Below are positions 26,774-38,810 of a DNA stretch of 64,000 bases, in pieces. This stretch comes from Tubiluchus corallicola (Eukaryota > Animalia > Priapulida), in the NCBI GenBank assembly GCA_030141605.1, contig JAQGDQ010000023.1:682001-746000 (forward strand), given 5' to 3'. The stretch's first letter is position 1. Each line of letters opens with the position of its first letter. The notes under the pieces are model-generated. The model was not told the DNA's origin. It did not search any database and worked only from the letters and a program-made list of their open reading frames with translations. A program made the translations under genes and the position numbers.

Positions 26774-29395
26774 TTAAATACACTATCAGTGCTAAACGCT
26801 CATACATCAGTGACATAAGTATCACTACAGCTTTCTTAAGACAATTATTTACAACACCAGTAGAAAATAAGCGATTCGTTAATCAAACAAGCAAAGTATA
26901 ATTCAACTACAGTTTTCAGTGATGACGAAAGATACATTGCACAGAAATACAAATAAGTAAATAAATATCTATAAATATATATAATGAACACGTTTTTTTA
27001 AAAGAAGGAGATCACCAAATCTGCCTCATCTTTAATACTAAGGCTGCCCTTTTTGGGCCTTATATGTGACTATCAAAGTTAATCTATTTGACTGGAAATG
27101 GGGCTGCCACTAATTAATAAACGAGAAGTGTTACAATCATCATTCAATTACGTGTTTTGTTTGAAATAGCATGGATGTGACTTTAAGTTACCAATGATTA
27201 CCAGCAAGCATGGTACGTTTCTGTTTACCGAATAGTTTATATGAAGCTGACCAGTCACTAATTAACAGACAGGAAGTGTTACAATGGCGTGACAGTAAGT
27301 TAGTACAAGGATAATGAAGGATGATTACAAGCACAATTATACTGCATTATGCACAAGTCCAAGATGTAGCAGGGTATGTTTCTGTTCAAAGAGTAGTTTA
27401 CATGAAGCTGACTAATTTGCTTAGTACTAAAATACCTGTCTGTGTAGCGCACAACAAAAAATCGCACAATCAGAAGACAACTATGTGTGAACATCCCACG
27501 TAGTGCGAAAATATTTTGCAGATTTTCAGTTCTTGTTCGTTAATATAGGCTTTTCAGAAAAACCGTGATTCAGTTAAAGCTATTAATGTGATGTACGACC
27601 AAGGTGTCGCGAATCAGCTAAATATTTACGAGAAATGTAGGTAACAACAATTTTCTTCTTTTTTGTTAATTGGGATTATTTGACAAGTAGGCGGAAGACT
27701 CGGCATTACTTTTTCAGCAGACGGAAAGAGAACCGCTTTTGTATTAAATTTTTACAGAGTTTGGTGTTATTTTGTATCTTTATGAGTTTTAATAAAACCA
27801 TTTGTAGTTCTTAATAATCCATGTGTCTGATGCATCTGTTTTCGCCTGCCTGCGTTTGATGTTTGCAGCTTGACTGTTTTGTTTGAAACAAGCGCTTACC
27901 TGGATATCAGAGGGGGGACGCCCATTTCCCCCTCGTAAAGGTAAGGTTTTTTGTTAAATTTAATCATCAATGACCAATTGGTAGAAGTGCTACTCGGAAC
28001 GTAAAAGGAGGGCATTTTCTATACAAGGTATTGAATTTTTCATAAAATGCAACATATACAGATTTATAGAAAAATATCAAATCTTTTTATTCTAATAAAA
28101 TAGAGAAACATTTGTGATGAAATGTTAAAACTCTTAACCTTAAATTAGAAATCGTGAAACACTTTTAATTATTTGTACCTTGCCTAAATTACATTACGAT
28201 GCATCAATACTTAAAAAGACCATAAGACAATAAAAATCAGACGCACTAAAATTAGCTACATTGTTTCCTATACAAAGATCAATTGTTCTTAAATTGACTA
28301 TTTCATTTGGTCAGCATAGTTAAAACTATGTTATGATACTTGAAAGTATAATGTACCAAAAAATGTCAATGTTTTTATAAAAACAAATGCTAAATAGATT
28401 GGGCTTTTATAATCTAGCATTAAGTTGTCAGAAAAGTTTTCAAAAATATTAGAAATTTAATTTTATAACCCCTTGGCCCACTTCTTCTAAAAACTAGAAT
28501 TGCAAATGTGAAAAACTTAGTATTTTCAAACTCCTATAGTAGCTCGTGGTAGCAGACATTTCGCTTGCAGTTTTTCTGTTGTCAAGCCCAGATTTTCATC
28601 AGAAAGAAACATTTAATGGATTTAAACATAACTTCAATGTGCTCTTACAAAGTCCATAGCAACCACACTTTCATATGGTGGCTAAGTGTTTTTACAGAAA
28701 TGCGTCAAAAAATAATGGCAAGCTTTAACTAGTGATTTTCTCAAGACTATGTTTTTCAGTGTGCAAAATGTACCTCAATTTTAACATGGATTATCTCACC
28801 TTAGAAATAACAAAAAGCAATAAGCTTGATAAAAAATGATCCTCGTGAAATGGAGATTCAGGATGTGAGAATAACTAAAAAAGCCTAAGTGCCAACTTAT
28901 GGACACTCTTTATAGGCAAACAAACATTTACCAGAAAATAGGCTTAGTTTGCGAGGCCGCCACAATAATGTATACACACAACTTAGCCTCCTTGCAATAT
29001 TTTTTGATATAACATATTATCTATTTAATATTTACAGTGGTACATACTTAACAGTGAACGCATTTGCATTACAGGCAAAACAATTAGAGGTAACATACAC
29101 TGAAGTTCAGAGGAAAAACAGTTGACATTCTTCCAAGCATCCTGTTTCCTTACAACTGAAATAATGGCTGTACATGTTTATAGGACAAACGAGTGCAAGC
29201 AGATTTGGGTACATTAATCTTAGCTTCCTAAGCATATTTTTACTAAGATAGTACTGCTATTCTATGTAAATGAGAATTTGTACAAAAAATATCAAAACGA
29301 ATGGTATATTATATATACGCTATTCATTATAAAGTGCATGTATACAATCTATCGAGCCTAGTTCTGTCGAATAGTTAAAAATAATGCTACTTTAC

Positions 29396-29518
29396 TAGCC
29401 AAATAATAAGTTGCATAAGAGTATCAAAGCAATTAGTATATACAGTATTCATGTATAGCCAAATAATAAGTTGCATAAGAGTATCAAAGCAATTAGTATA
29501 TACAGTATTCATGTATAG
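29396..29518. repeat. Perfect 60-bp tandem duplication at the start of the Ly6 gene 3' UTR
   Basis: TAGCCAAATAATAAGTTGCATAAGAG...TTCATGTA repeated twice, ending 3 bp from the stop codon. Confidence 0.92.
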
Positions 29519-29521
29519 AGC

Positions 29522-30375
29522 CTAATGCCACAAAATTCTTAATATCGTGATAAAAACTGATGCAATAACAGCAGTTGTAGAGATTCTTGTATGAGATGAA
29601 CTGTTACACCACCACCAGTCATCACAGAAGCAGAATTCCAAATTTTCATAAGGTCTTTTGTACCTAAAAGTAGCCAAATTGAATAAAATTTTTGCATATT
29701 GCCACACATCACCTTTACTTAGTCATTTTAAGTTTCACTTGAAATTAAGAGGCATATTTGACACTGAAAAAACTTTTTGAGACTGCAGCATCTGAGGACT
29801 TTTTTCAGCAGTGGCTCAGCCATGCGGAAATGCAGTAGCTTACTATGTAGAAAACCACGTAAAAAAGCACAGCTTCACATTAATAAGAAGTGAAATGACA
29901 AGCCATCAGCTTTGTTAAAAAAACAAATTAACAGCCTAATAGACCTCTGCATTTTTTTAAATGTTCGCTAATCATAGGCAAAACTCGAATATTTTGACAT
30001 GAGTCTGAAATAGTTTTTTGCAACCAACTTAATAACTTACCTGATCTAATAGTAAAATTATTTTTTTGCTTCCCAGATTCATGTCAGTTTTGCTATTGTA
30101 CTCTTCGTTTAAATTTAATTTTTTTATTATTTCTTTGGATTTGTGTTTACTAACTGCTATAGACATGTTATTGCTGTTTAGTTAGAAGATTATCCAAGAT
30201 CAAGTTTGAGATGGCAAATTGCAAAGAGGAAAACCAGGTATTATGCTCGTGCAAACCTATCAGCTCACTTTCTTGCACTTCACACCCATTTTGTTCAGAA
30301 CCATCATTTTTCTTATGTAACTGAATTAAGATGATACCAGCAAAATTCATACTTTGGAAGACGGTCTAAGCAATA

Positions 30376-30425
<50 letters not shown>

Positions 30426-32673
30426 ATGTCAAAACTATTTTCTGTTCATTTTCCCTGCACTACTTGTGAAGGCGTTTTAATTAACCAGTATAAAACGCGG
30501 GATTACTTGGAAAAAAAGGGGAAAGCAGGACAGTGGTCTAAAAACTAAGATAAAACTGGTATGTCATCTGGCAATTACTATTCTTTTCATTACACACATC
30601 GTCATAGAAAAGATTTTTACAAGAGCTGTTTACTGTTTACCTAGGAAAGCTTTTGCTTTTTATTAGCATTAAGATTGACAATGTCATTGATTATTAATGC
30701 TTCACTAGAGAGTTAGCAAAGGGCCAACAATGTTTTTGCAACGTTTCCATTTTCACCCTAACAAAAAATTACATGCTGTGAATAGGCCATACATGATCTA
30801 TGCATGAGAAAATAAAGTGGTTACATAGTTGTGCTTTGTAATTACTTACCTTTCAATGTAGTAATCAGGACGAGAAAGTTCAACATCATCTGCTGGCTTC
30901 CTGCAACCTGTGAATACATCGCCAGGAAGAAGGTTTGCATAATTGCTTGATCTCAAATCCCACAAGCAGGCTCTTGTTATTATTTCTTCACCTGATAAAC
31001 AATACATACATCAGTGACATACAGGCCCTGTTTCAGAGGGGGGGGGGGAAGTGGGGATACTTCCCTGGGGCCTCACCCTCCAGGGGGGCCTCGCGCTGAG
31101 ATAACATTTTTTTGCTTTATGCGAACATACTGCCTGCTCTCTCCCTCTCTTGCCGCATGCGCGCCGTTTCCCTTGTGTGGCTCGGTACCGATGTTCAGCT
31201 GTTTTCAATTTCGGAATTTCTAATACCGGCTTATATGGAAGTGAGAGTATGGTATTACATATTGCAAAGATGTTGTTTTTGATTTGACTATTTAACAAGT
31301 ATTAAGGACTGGTCTTGAGAAGAAAGCAGTTTTTCTTTCAATTGTCCTTTCCTTTAACAACTGTATAACTCGATATTTTCTCTTCGAAAATGCTTCTCCA
31401 GCATTCTAGCAGTTCAAACATTTTCTGGGCACCAACCATGGTGGCGAAAGGGGCCTCACACGCTCCACTTCCCCAGGCGTCGCTTAGGCTGAAACAGGCC
31501 CTGGTGACATAAAATGAGCTACAAACCTAAGTAAGAGGTATTTAGTAAGTTACAAGTAGTTATTAAATGCTAAAAATAAAATTAACATGCTGAGTCTGCT
31601 TGTTAATTAGTTTATAAACAATTTCACTGATTAAATTGAAGTGGAAAAAATAGTGGAATGTGGTAATTTGATTTCAACATCATGTTGTCTATAATTAACA
31701 ACTTTGTTATGTATTTTGCCAACATACTTCCCCTGCGATCAAGAACTTTAACACAGACTTGTTCCTCATCATTGCCAGGACATCTTATATCAGGACAAAT
31801 ATCTCTCCGGTTTGTGTGCAAATCTGCTCCTGGGTATGGTGGAATTGTGCAAGAATAACATCGTATAGCATTACCTGTATAACAACACAACAGTTAGAGT
31901 GTTTAAAATCTTTCTGTCACATGCCCATGCTTGTGATATACAAGTTAAATACACTTTCAGTGCTAAATACTAAACTGTTTTAATTTATTAAATGCCACTC
32001 CACAAATGACACAGACTTATTTTTAAAAAAAAGACATTGTATCACTTAAATTCACCAAAATGCACTTTTGTCACACCACGTGCACTAAACGCACACAATA
32101 TTATCACTTTCATCAAGGAAGAACTTATAGTTTTGGTAGTTCTCCGTTTCTTGAACCAAAAGCTTCAATGCTTTTCCATATTGTAGAACCTAATTAAATT
32201 TGTCATGACAAAAAATTGGTGGGCAATTGAACTATACTGGCATGTTTCAGTACGATAATCTACAGAATTGGAAGAAATCTACTAAATAGCCTATAATGAC
32301 TTGCACTACGCTTACGTACTCCCACATTACTGAATCGTTTTGGTTCTACGTGTAAGCCATTTCATTGCCCTGAATTATAACATACTTACGACTATAAATT
32401 TGTGTTGAAAACTTTTCATCTCAGGTTTACATAATTATGTCTACGATAGATCGATTCAAATCATGCCTATATCAGTAATACCTTGTAAGGGCTGACAAAA
32501 TGAATAATGAAACATAACTAATGAATTTTGATTTTCCACACAGGCTTTGGTATTAATTGGTCTGCCATTCAATAGTGATGCTCATGCTTACCTAAGTGCA
32601 GTATTAAAGAAAAAAGAACGAAAACGACAAACACGTCCTCCATGTTTAAATACCTGTTTAAAGCGACACCCAT
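29522..32673 (-). CDS. GPI-anchored Ly6/uPAR (three-finger) protein, crimpled-like; 4 exons, 170 aa
   Basis: Exons 32592-32673, 31728-31874, 30850-30991, 29522-29663 (phases 1, 1, 2). Signal peptide VFVVFVLFSLILHLG, IRCYSC start, CVKVLDRRGSEEIITRACL, LPGDVFTGCR, EFCFCDDWWWCN, then a hydrophobic GPI tail. As I recall it, the motif pattern matches Drosophila crimpled. An alternative start is the in-frame ATG at 32643. Confidence 0.85.
30379..30421. repeat. (TA)n microsatellite
   Basis: About 21 TA units in Ly6 intron 3. Confidence 0.95.
31022..31503. mobile_element. hAT-family MITE (482 bp) in Ly6 intron 2
   Basis: 8-bp TSD GTGACATA (31014-31021, 31504-31511). TIR CAGGCCCTGTTTCAG / CTGAAACAGGCCCTG. 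Empty site CAGTGACATAAAATGAGC in the duplicate at ~23479. Confidence 0.92.
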
Positions 32674-34177
32674 GGGCTGGCTGATTGGTAGAAAAAGAAT
32701 AGGTTTGTGAGGGGAGGTATTTTGCAAAACTTGGTAAATATTACGTTCACATTTAGTTTAAGGTATTACATCGTTTTACTTTCATTTACAAATTATATCT
32801 CGTATAGAAAAGGCAAGCAAGTTGGTACTGCGGTAATGATTATTCATTAGACTTTCCTAGCTTTGATCTAACACACCCCTATAATCGCTGAAGTTGCATG
32901 TACCTGCATACACCTGGCATAAGCATGCGTTGAGCGCTGTAGGGATGATTGGGAAATTAGAGATTCGCCGTTAGACCGCTGGGTATGCAGTGTACGCATG
33001 AATAGTCTCATTAATTCCTAAGCAATTTTAATAATAAGGTGAATGCGAACATTCGGCTGCTTAAAAATATCTGTAACTCGAACACCAATCAAACTTTAAT
33101 GCACACTTACATATCTTATTCAGTTTCTGAACACAGTACAATTATTTTTATATAATACGGGCGGCGAAACACCTACTATTTTATGTCTCAATGATGTGTA
33201 TATTACATTAATGCATAAATTTGTGGTGGAATACATGCAGTAACGAATAACAATATGACGATTGGTGGACATTCCAAACATTTCTTCAAGATCTATACAA
33301 AGTACAGATTAATTATAGTATTTGATATGTGAGTAGACAAGCAAAACAACTCTTTAACATGTTGTAATAGAATCAAGTTTCCTAAAATTGCTTTCTCACA
33401 TGCCTTACTACCTTATTTTGACTGCACATATAGGTTATTATGAGTAGAAATTTGATATATGTATTAAACAATCGCAGTGCAGTGTGTAATGAAAGTAAAG
33501 AGGATTAGTAATTTCATTAATATTTTCCCCAGTGTAAAGTTAAAATACCTATTATTTCGACTTCTAATTGCATTATTTGCCTGATATAATGGTGTTATGA
33601 TTACACTATAGGTGGTCTAGGAGGCAATCTTACGTGACATTACGAATAAATTTGAAAATCTGAAATGTATTTTTCTGAATGTTTAGAAAAAATTAGTCAA
33701 GCCTTCTAGGAAGTTAGACTTATTTTAGTGTTCGCGATAAGTGTTAGTAACATTTAGTAATAAAAGTGTGATAAGCGCTTCGTATAGTTAGTAAGATGAT
33801 TTTAAAGTCGTGATCATTTCACGCTTGAGCGATCCCATTTTAAACGCCCATTCATCCACCAATGACGTCGTCAATCGGCTGCAGAGTTTGAATTAGTTTA
33901 CTGAAAACCACTAAGCGCTTACGGAAAGTCACGAAGTCCACCAGTTACGTCATAATTTTCAAGTGAATGGTGATTACCATCGCGCCTAAAAATTTTATAC
34001 AGCAGTAGTACAAAAATAACTTTATGCTTTATGGACAGTTTTTTGCAAATTTCTGCGTTATGTTTTTTCTAAATTTAAATGACAAGCCAACATGCTAAGC
34101 TCTTGTTCTTTCCTTCAAACAAATACAGTTGATTTTGATTAAATCTCTGCAGGACGTTACGACATATTCTTGTTGTG

Positions 34178-34199
34178 GTTGCTGTAGTAACGGTAAACA
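34178..34199 (+). promoter_or_regulatory. RFX X-box plus adjacent forkhead (FoxJ1-type) motif upstream of ARMC3
   Basis: GTTGCTGTAGTAAC (34178-34191) and GTAAACA (34193-34199), about 110-130 bp upstream of the ATG of a ciliary gene. Confidence 0.65.
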
Positions 34200-34307
34200 C
34201 AAAGGCGTATAGCGCAATGCATCGAACGAACAAATCCAGCTAATTTTAGAACTAACAGCGTGTTGAATTTTCTATGGCGTTTAAGTAAAACTTTGCGTAG
34301 AAACAAG

Positions 34308-36785
34308 ATGACCAGGACACAAAGGAAGGGGACAGCCGAAAAACCCGTCTGTTACGATTTACCTGAGCCACTAATTGTGGAGGGAAAGAGTGCAGAGACA
34401 GCTATTCTGCTGTTGCAAAGTAAAGAGACTGAACCAATACTCAGAGCTTCACTAGGCTTGTTAAAATACGCTGAGAAATCTGAAGTCAATGTAAATATTT
34501 TAATTCAACTGGGAATAATGAAACACGTGGTGCCGCTACTGTCGCACACTGAAAAGGTGGTGAAGAGAAATTCTGGCGCCCTTTTACGTGAACTTCTAAC
34601 ATCGTTTGTTGCTCGCACTGCTTTACGGAGTGTTGATTACCTTTCTTCTTTCTACTCTCTCCTCGATGAAAATGATCCTGTAATACATGAACTGGCATCC
34701 AGTTGTTTATGCGTGATGGCTATGGATCACAACAGCAAAGACCAGTTGGCACAAGAAGACTTCATGAAGCGCTGCATTTCCTTGCTAGGTGCCAATGATC
34801 CAGACGTCCAAAATAACTCCATTGAGATCCTTAAGTGCATTCTTGAAGATTATGAAGCAAAAGAAATTGTCAGGGGACTAAACATTATTCGTCCATTGTT
34901 AATACAGAGTGAGTCTGAATTTCTGGCAATACAACGAGCTGCACTTGCTTGTCTAAATAAGTGCATGGAAGATGAAGAACTTCGTTTACAGATGAAACAA
35001 CATAATGGTATGGACCACCTTATTAAGATGATTAAGATGAAGGAATACAACATGTTGCATACTGATGTAGCTCAGGTGTTGGCAAATTTTCTATTGTCTT
35101 CAGAATGTCTGCATGAATTAGTTGTTAGTGGTAAGGTATTTACTATACTCGATTTAGTAGTACCCAATGGTAATGTAAATCCTGACGTCAAAGTGAAGGC
35201 AATGCTAGTAATAGCAAGGGCAATGAGAAATGAAACCACCAAAATGATTTGTCATTCAAAAGAGTTTGAAGTTAAACTGTTGGCCTTGTTAACCGATGGG
35301 GGTGTTGCCATACAGCCAGCTGTTGCCGAGGCCCTAGCAATCATGTCAGGGTCCAGAGAGAGCAGAGAACTCATCTGTGAACATTCAGGAACAGAAATAT
35401 TCGTTAAATTGCTCAGAAGCCCAGACTCTTGTGTCCGTCAGTTTGTTACTCATGCATTAGCAAACCTCACTTTAAATGAGCGAACAATCATTGGTAAAGT
35501 GAATGAGCTTGGAGGTGTGGTCACACTTATTGATTTGGTTAAGGATGAAAACCAGCAAACTGTGAATAATTCCTTGACTGTGTTACTTAATTTGACTCTT
35601 GAAGAGCGTGTTAGAGAGTATATCATACATGAAGGATTAGTGGCTCTTGCACTTGAACAGATAACTTGTGGGAATAGTAAAGTAGAGAATTCTGCAGTGG
35701 CTCTGTTAGGATCACTTCTAACTGATGTGGAGTCAAGATGTCAATTCAGAGACAGCAATGGTGTAGAAGTGCTCCTGCAATTATTACAGTCAGCAGATAG
35801 TGAAGTACGTCAAAACGCCTGTTGGGCAATTTCACTGGCTGCTGCTGATGGTAACATTGCTGTGGATTTTGTGGAACGTGGGACATTGGAAATATTGCAA
35901 GATTTCTGTTCGTTAGCCTCAAGAAATGATGGTTTTGCACAAACGGCTTACAATACTTTGTTAAATCACAACTTATCTGCGAAGTATTGCAAAACGGGTT
36001 CACTTAGCGCTACTGACATAATACAACCTGGTTTTTATGACTGTGGGGCATTACCGCCTGAGAAGACCATACCAAGTTTGGAACACCTTACCAGTGAAAA
36101 CATAAACGACCGTCGACCCGTCATTTTGGTAGACATGGAGTTGCAGGGAGACGACTTTTCTGATGTTCCCAGCTCAGTTCATCCAAACATGCTTGCAGGC
36201 GAACATGAAGTGCGTCATAAAAAACGGCGTAGTCATGGTTTATCTCGTAACAAAGGGCAATCTGCTAAAGACCTGCATGTGCATGAATCAACTGACAGTG
36301 CAGAAGAGATAGAGCAACAGACTGTTAAAGATCCTGATCTAGCTGAGTATCTTGAAGATATAGCAAGAATTAAATATTCTAAACCAAGAGAGCAAGTTGA
36401 GTATATTGCAAAATTCGTTAGCGATAAGTTAGGCGGAGTTGTGCTGCCCGAAAAGGTGGGTGAGATTGGTTTTGAACTACCGCTGATGCAACTAAAAAGG
36501 AAATTAGACTCAAACATAGTTCCGCTTGGTATGATACGGTGTGGTACCTTTTTTCATCGTGCTCTTTTGTTTAAGGTTCTTGCTGATTTTGTGGATCTAC
36601 CCTGCTCACTTACTCGTGGTAAATATAATAGGGCTTGGAATGAAGTCATGTTGGTTGGTAGCAAATTATGTGATAATGTGATGGGTATAAAGTCTGACGT
36701 TTATGTTGTTGATTTAATGCATTCACCTGGTAAGCTGTTACCACGTGATTCTCTCGAGGCTGCCAATTATAAGAAATATTACTAA
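34308..36785 (+). CDS. ARMC3: Armadillo repeat-containing protein 3, single exon, 825 aa
   Basis: Uninterrupted ORF; first ATG at 34308 (the track starts at an upstream GTG). N-terminal PLIVEGKSAETAILLLQS, ARM repeats, LLNHNLSAKY...GFYDCG, and a C-terminal EDR1-like domain with GTFFHRALLFKVLAD...CSLTRGKYNRAWN...VVDLMHSPGKL. Confidence 0.92.
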   Translation: MTRTQRKGTAEKPVCYDLPEPLIVEGKSAETAILLLQSKETEPILRASLGLLKYAEKSEVNVNILIQLGIMKHVVPLLSHTEKVVKRNSGALLRELLTSFVARTALRSVDYLSSFYSLLDENDPVIHELASSCLCVMAMDHNSKDQLAQEDFMKRCISLLGANDPDVQNNSIEILKCILEDYEAKEIVRGLNIIRPLLIQSESEFLAIQRAALACLNKCMEDEELRLQMKQHNGMDHLIKMIKMKEYNMLHTDVAQVLANFLLSSECLHELVVSGKVFTILDLVVPNGNVNPDVKVKAMLVIARAMRNETTKMICHSKEFEVKLLALLTDGGVAIQPAVAEALAIMSGSRESRELICEHSGTEIFVKLLRSPDSCVRQFVTHALANLTLNERTIIGKVNELGGVVTLIDLVKDENQQTVNNSLTVLLNLTLEERVREYIIHEGLVALALEQITCGNSKVENSAVALLGSLLTDVESRCQFRDSNGVEVLLQLLQSADSEVRQNACWAISLAAADGNIAVDFVERGTLEILQDFCSLASRNDGFAQTAYNTLLNHNLSAKYCKTGSLSATDIIQPGFYDCGALPPEKTIPSLEHLTSENINDRRPVILVDMELQGDDFSDVPSSVHPNMLAGEHEVRHKKRRSHGLSRNKGQSAKDLHVHESTDSAEEIEQQTVKDPDLAEYLEDIARIKYSKPREQVEYIAKFVSDKLGGVVLPEKVGEIGFELPLMQLKRKLDSNIVPLGMIRCGTFFHRALLFKVLADFVDLPCSLTRGKYNRAWNEVMLVGSKLCDNVMGIKSDVYVVDLMHSPGKLLPRDSLEAANYKKYY

Positions 36786-37599
36786 TTAGTTGTGTAACGG
36801 TTATGTAAGATTATAGTAGTTATATAATAACGCCGACATAAATTATGATATTTTATTACATCGTTATGGGTTGTCTTACATAGTATTAATCGCATGATCT
36901 GTAATGTGCAATTAGTAAATCACTAAGTACTCGCTTGCATAATTATGAATGTCACCACCATGGAATTTTTTAACGATGTTATTCCAGTTGAGACAAGCCA
37001 GTTACTCGGATTTTTATGCATGCATTACGTCAGTGAAATAATGTAATATTACGGTCAGTGTAACATACTATAGTACACAACCTTTTTAATTCTTTATTCC
37101 TAAGAGATCATCTTAAAGTCAACATGTTTTAATAAACCTTACGTTTTTAAATAAAGTTTAACAAAGTAAACTGCTAGTTTAATTGCTTGATAAAAAATCA
37201 CTGTAATTGTCATTACCGTATCAAAATAGTACAGCATAATGCCCAAAATTAATTTCTTTTATAACTTTATAGACTACTGCAATCATATCTGGGCTCTGTG
37301 GTGCCAGCAAGTTTGGTTGGGTCTCATTTGGAATGAACTCTGCAATCGAAGGTCAATTGTTACGCTAATTATGCAAGCCTGTTTATTGCTACTTCTACTA
37401 GGTGCTTCTAGGGTTGCTCATCACTGGTTCCTAACCGCCGACAGTTTGTATGTAGTACTTGTTTTTTTCTGTTGTATCCAATAGTCTTACGAACGCTCCA
37501 GAGCGATTGTTTACAGAATCTAGTTTTTTCTGCTGCGCTTCTATCTGGGAATATTTATCATGTTCTTCTTCAATTAGTCCTATTATTGTACCCGTTATC

Positions 37600-38810
37600 T
37601 TATATGATTAATCTCTCTGATAAATGTTGATTATTATCTCTCTCGTGATCGTATAACACGTGACCTGAAGAAACACACGACTTATTTAAAGAGTGATTCG
37701 CTTCTATTACATTAATTGCTATAAGGTTAATTATAACCTGGCTCCTAGAGCTTAAGATTAGTCAATAGGGCTATGATCTTGTCCCACAAGACTATTTCTA
37801 CGACTCCGCATTGTGATTAGAGTCTTAAGCTAAAGCTTACTAGCTAAGTTCCCGCAATTGAACTTGTTAACTAAATTAATGTTATGTACACAGCGAATCT
37901 TCAGAATCGTTTACCGAATTTAAGGTTGCTTAACTGAAACACCTATAAGCATACATAAACTAGTCTTTTAAGTTAAAGTGAAATCATTTATTGTTTGACA
38001 ACAATTACTCTTAGTCAACTAATATTACAATGTTTGATCTTAATCGCCAATCGACGCTCACAAATAATAGTTAGCTCCAAGAGACACTAATCAGATTCAC
38101 TTAACTATTTCCTTGCTTCGCACTTAAGGTGCTAATTACAATGTGAAGTATGCAATTACAATCAACTAAACGTTACACTTAAGGTGTCTATTACACTGTG
38201 AATTTCTACTATGCAGAGTTGCTCTCAAGTTACGATATGTTAAGATCACTTAACTTGGTGGAATGACCAATGTGACAACTGTTCAATTGGTCAAATCCAT
38301 TTCCGATGCAAGACTAATCGTAGATCCAGTGCTCAAATAGTTGAGTACGCAGATTTGATGTCCACGTTGGTCTTACGTGTCTTTGCTTCCGTCAGAATTC
38401 CAGTAGCCTCTCTCTCTGGACGGCACGTGGTTCACTCTCAACCACTCACTTCTGACTAACTCACAGCCTCCTCTGTTCCTCAAGACATCGTCTTATATAT
38501 CCAAACGGAGATTTCATAACCTTTCGTGCGAACACTGCAATGTGTCACAATAGCTTTCACAAATTTCGCGGCAACGCTGTAATACATTGCAATAGTTCAA
38601 AGGTTACATCCTTGGCTTGGTGGTTTATGACCATCCAGATGGCTGATAACGTAGCTTCTTACATGAGAAAACACCGCTATTCGACTTCTCCGTCCTTCAC
38701 ATCATCAACCCTAGAGGATTGTTCCCTGCGTCACTTGGGCTATAAAACTCTCTTTCAAGGAAAAACCACTCTCCGCTTCTTCTTAATTATAGTTGGCAAT
38801 TCTACATAAC
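37600..38810 (-). mobile_element. LTR-like repeat, diverged relative of 56580-57720
   Basis: Shares collinear blocks (AATTGCTATAAGG, ACCTGGCTCC, TCCAGTGC, AGTAGCC) in inverted orientation with the 57-kb copy. Minus-strand TATA at ~38495 and AATAAA at ~37990. Ends not resolved. Confidence 0.5.

Noticed and set aside
34260-34307. ORF-track start of ARMC3 at GTG
   Set aside because: This is a eukaryotic gene; the first in-frame ATG is at 34308.
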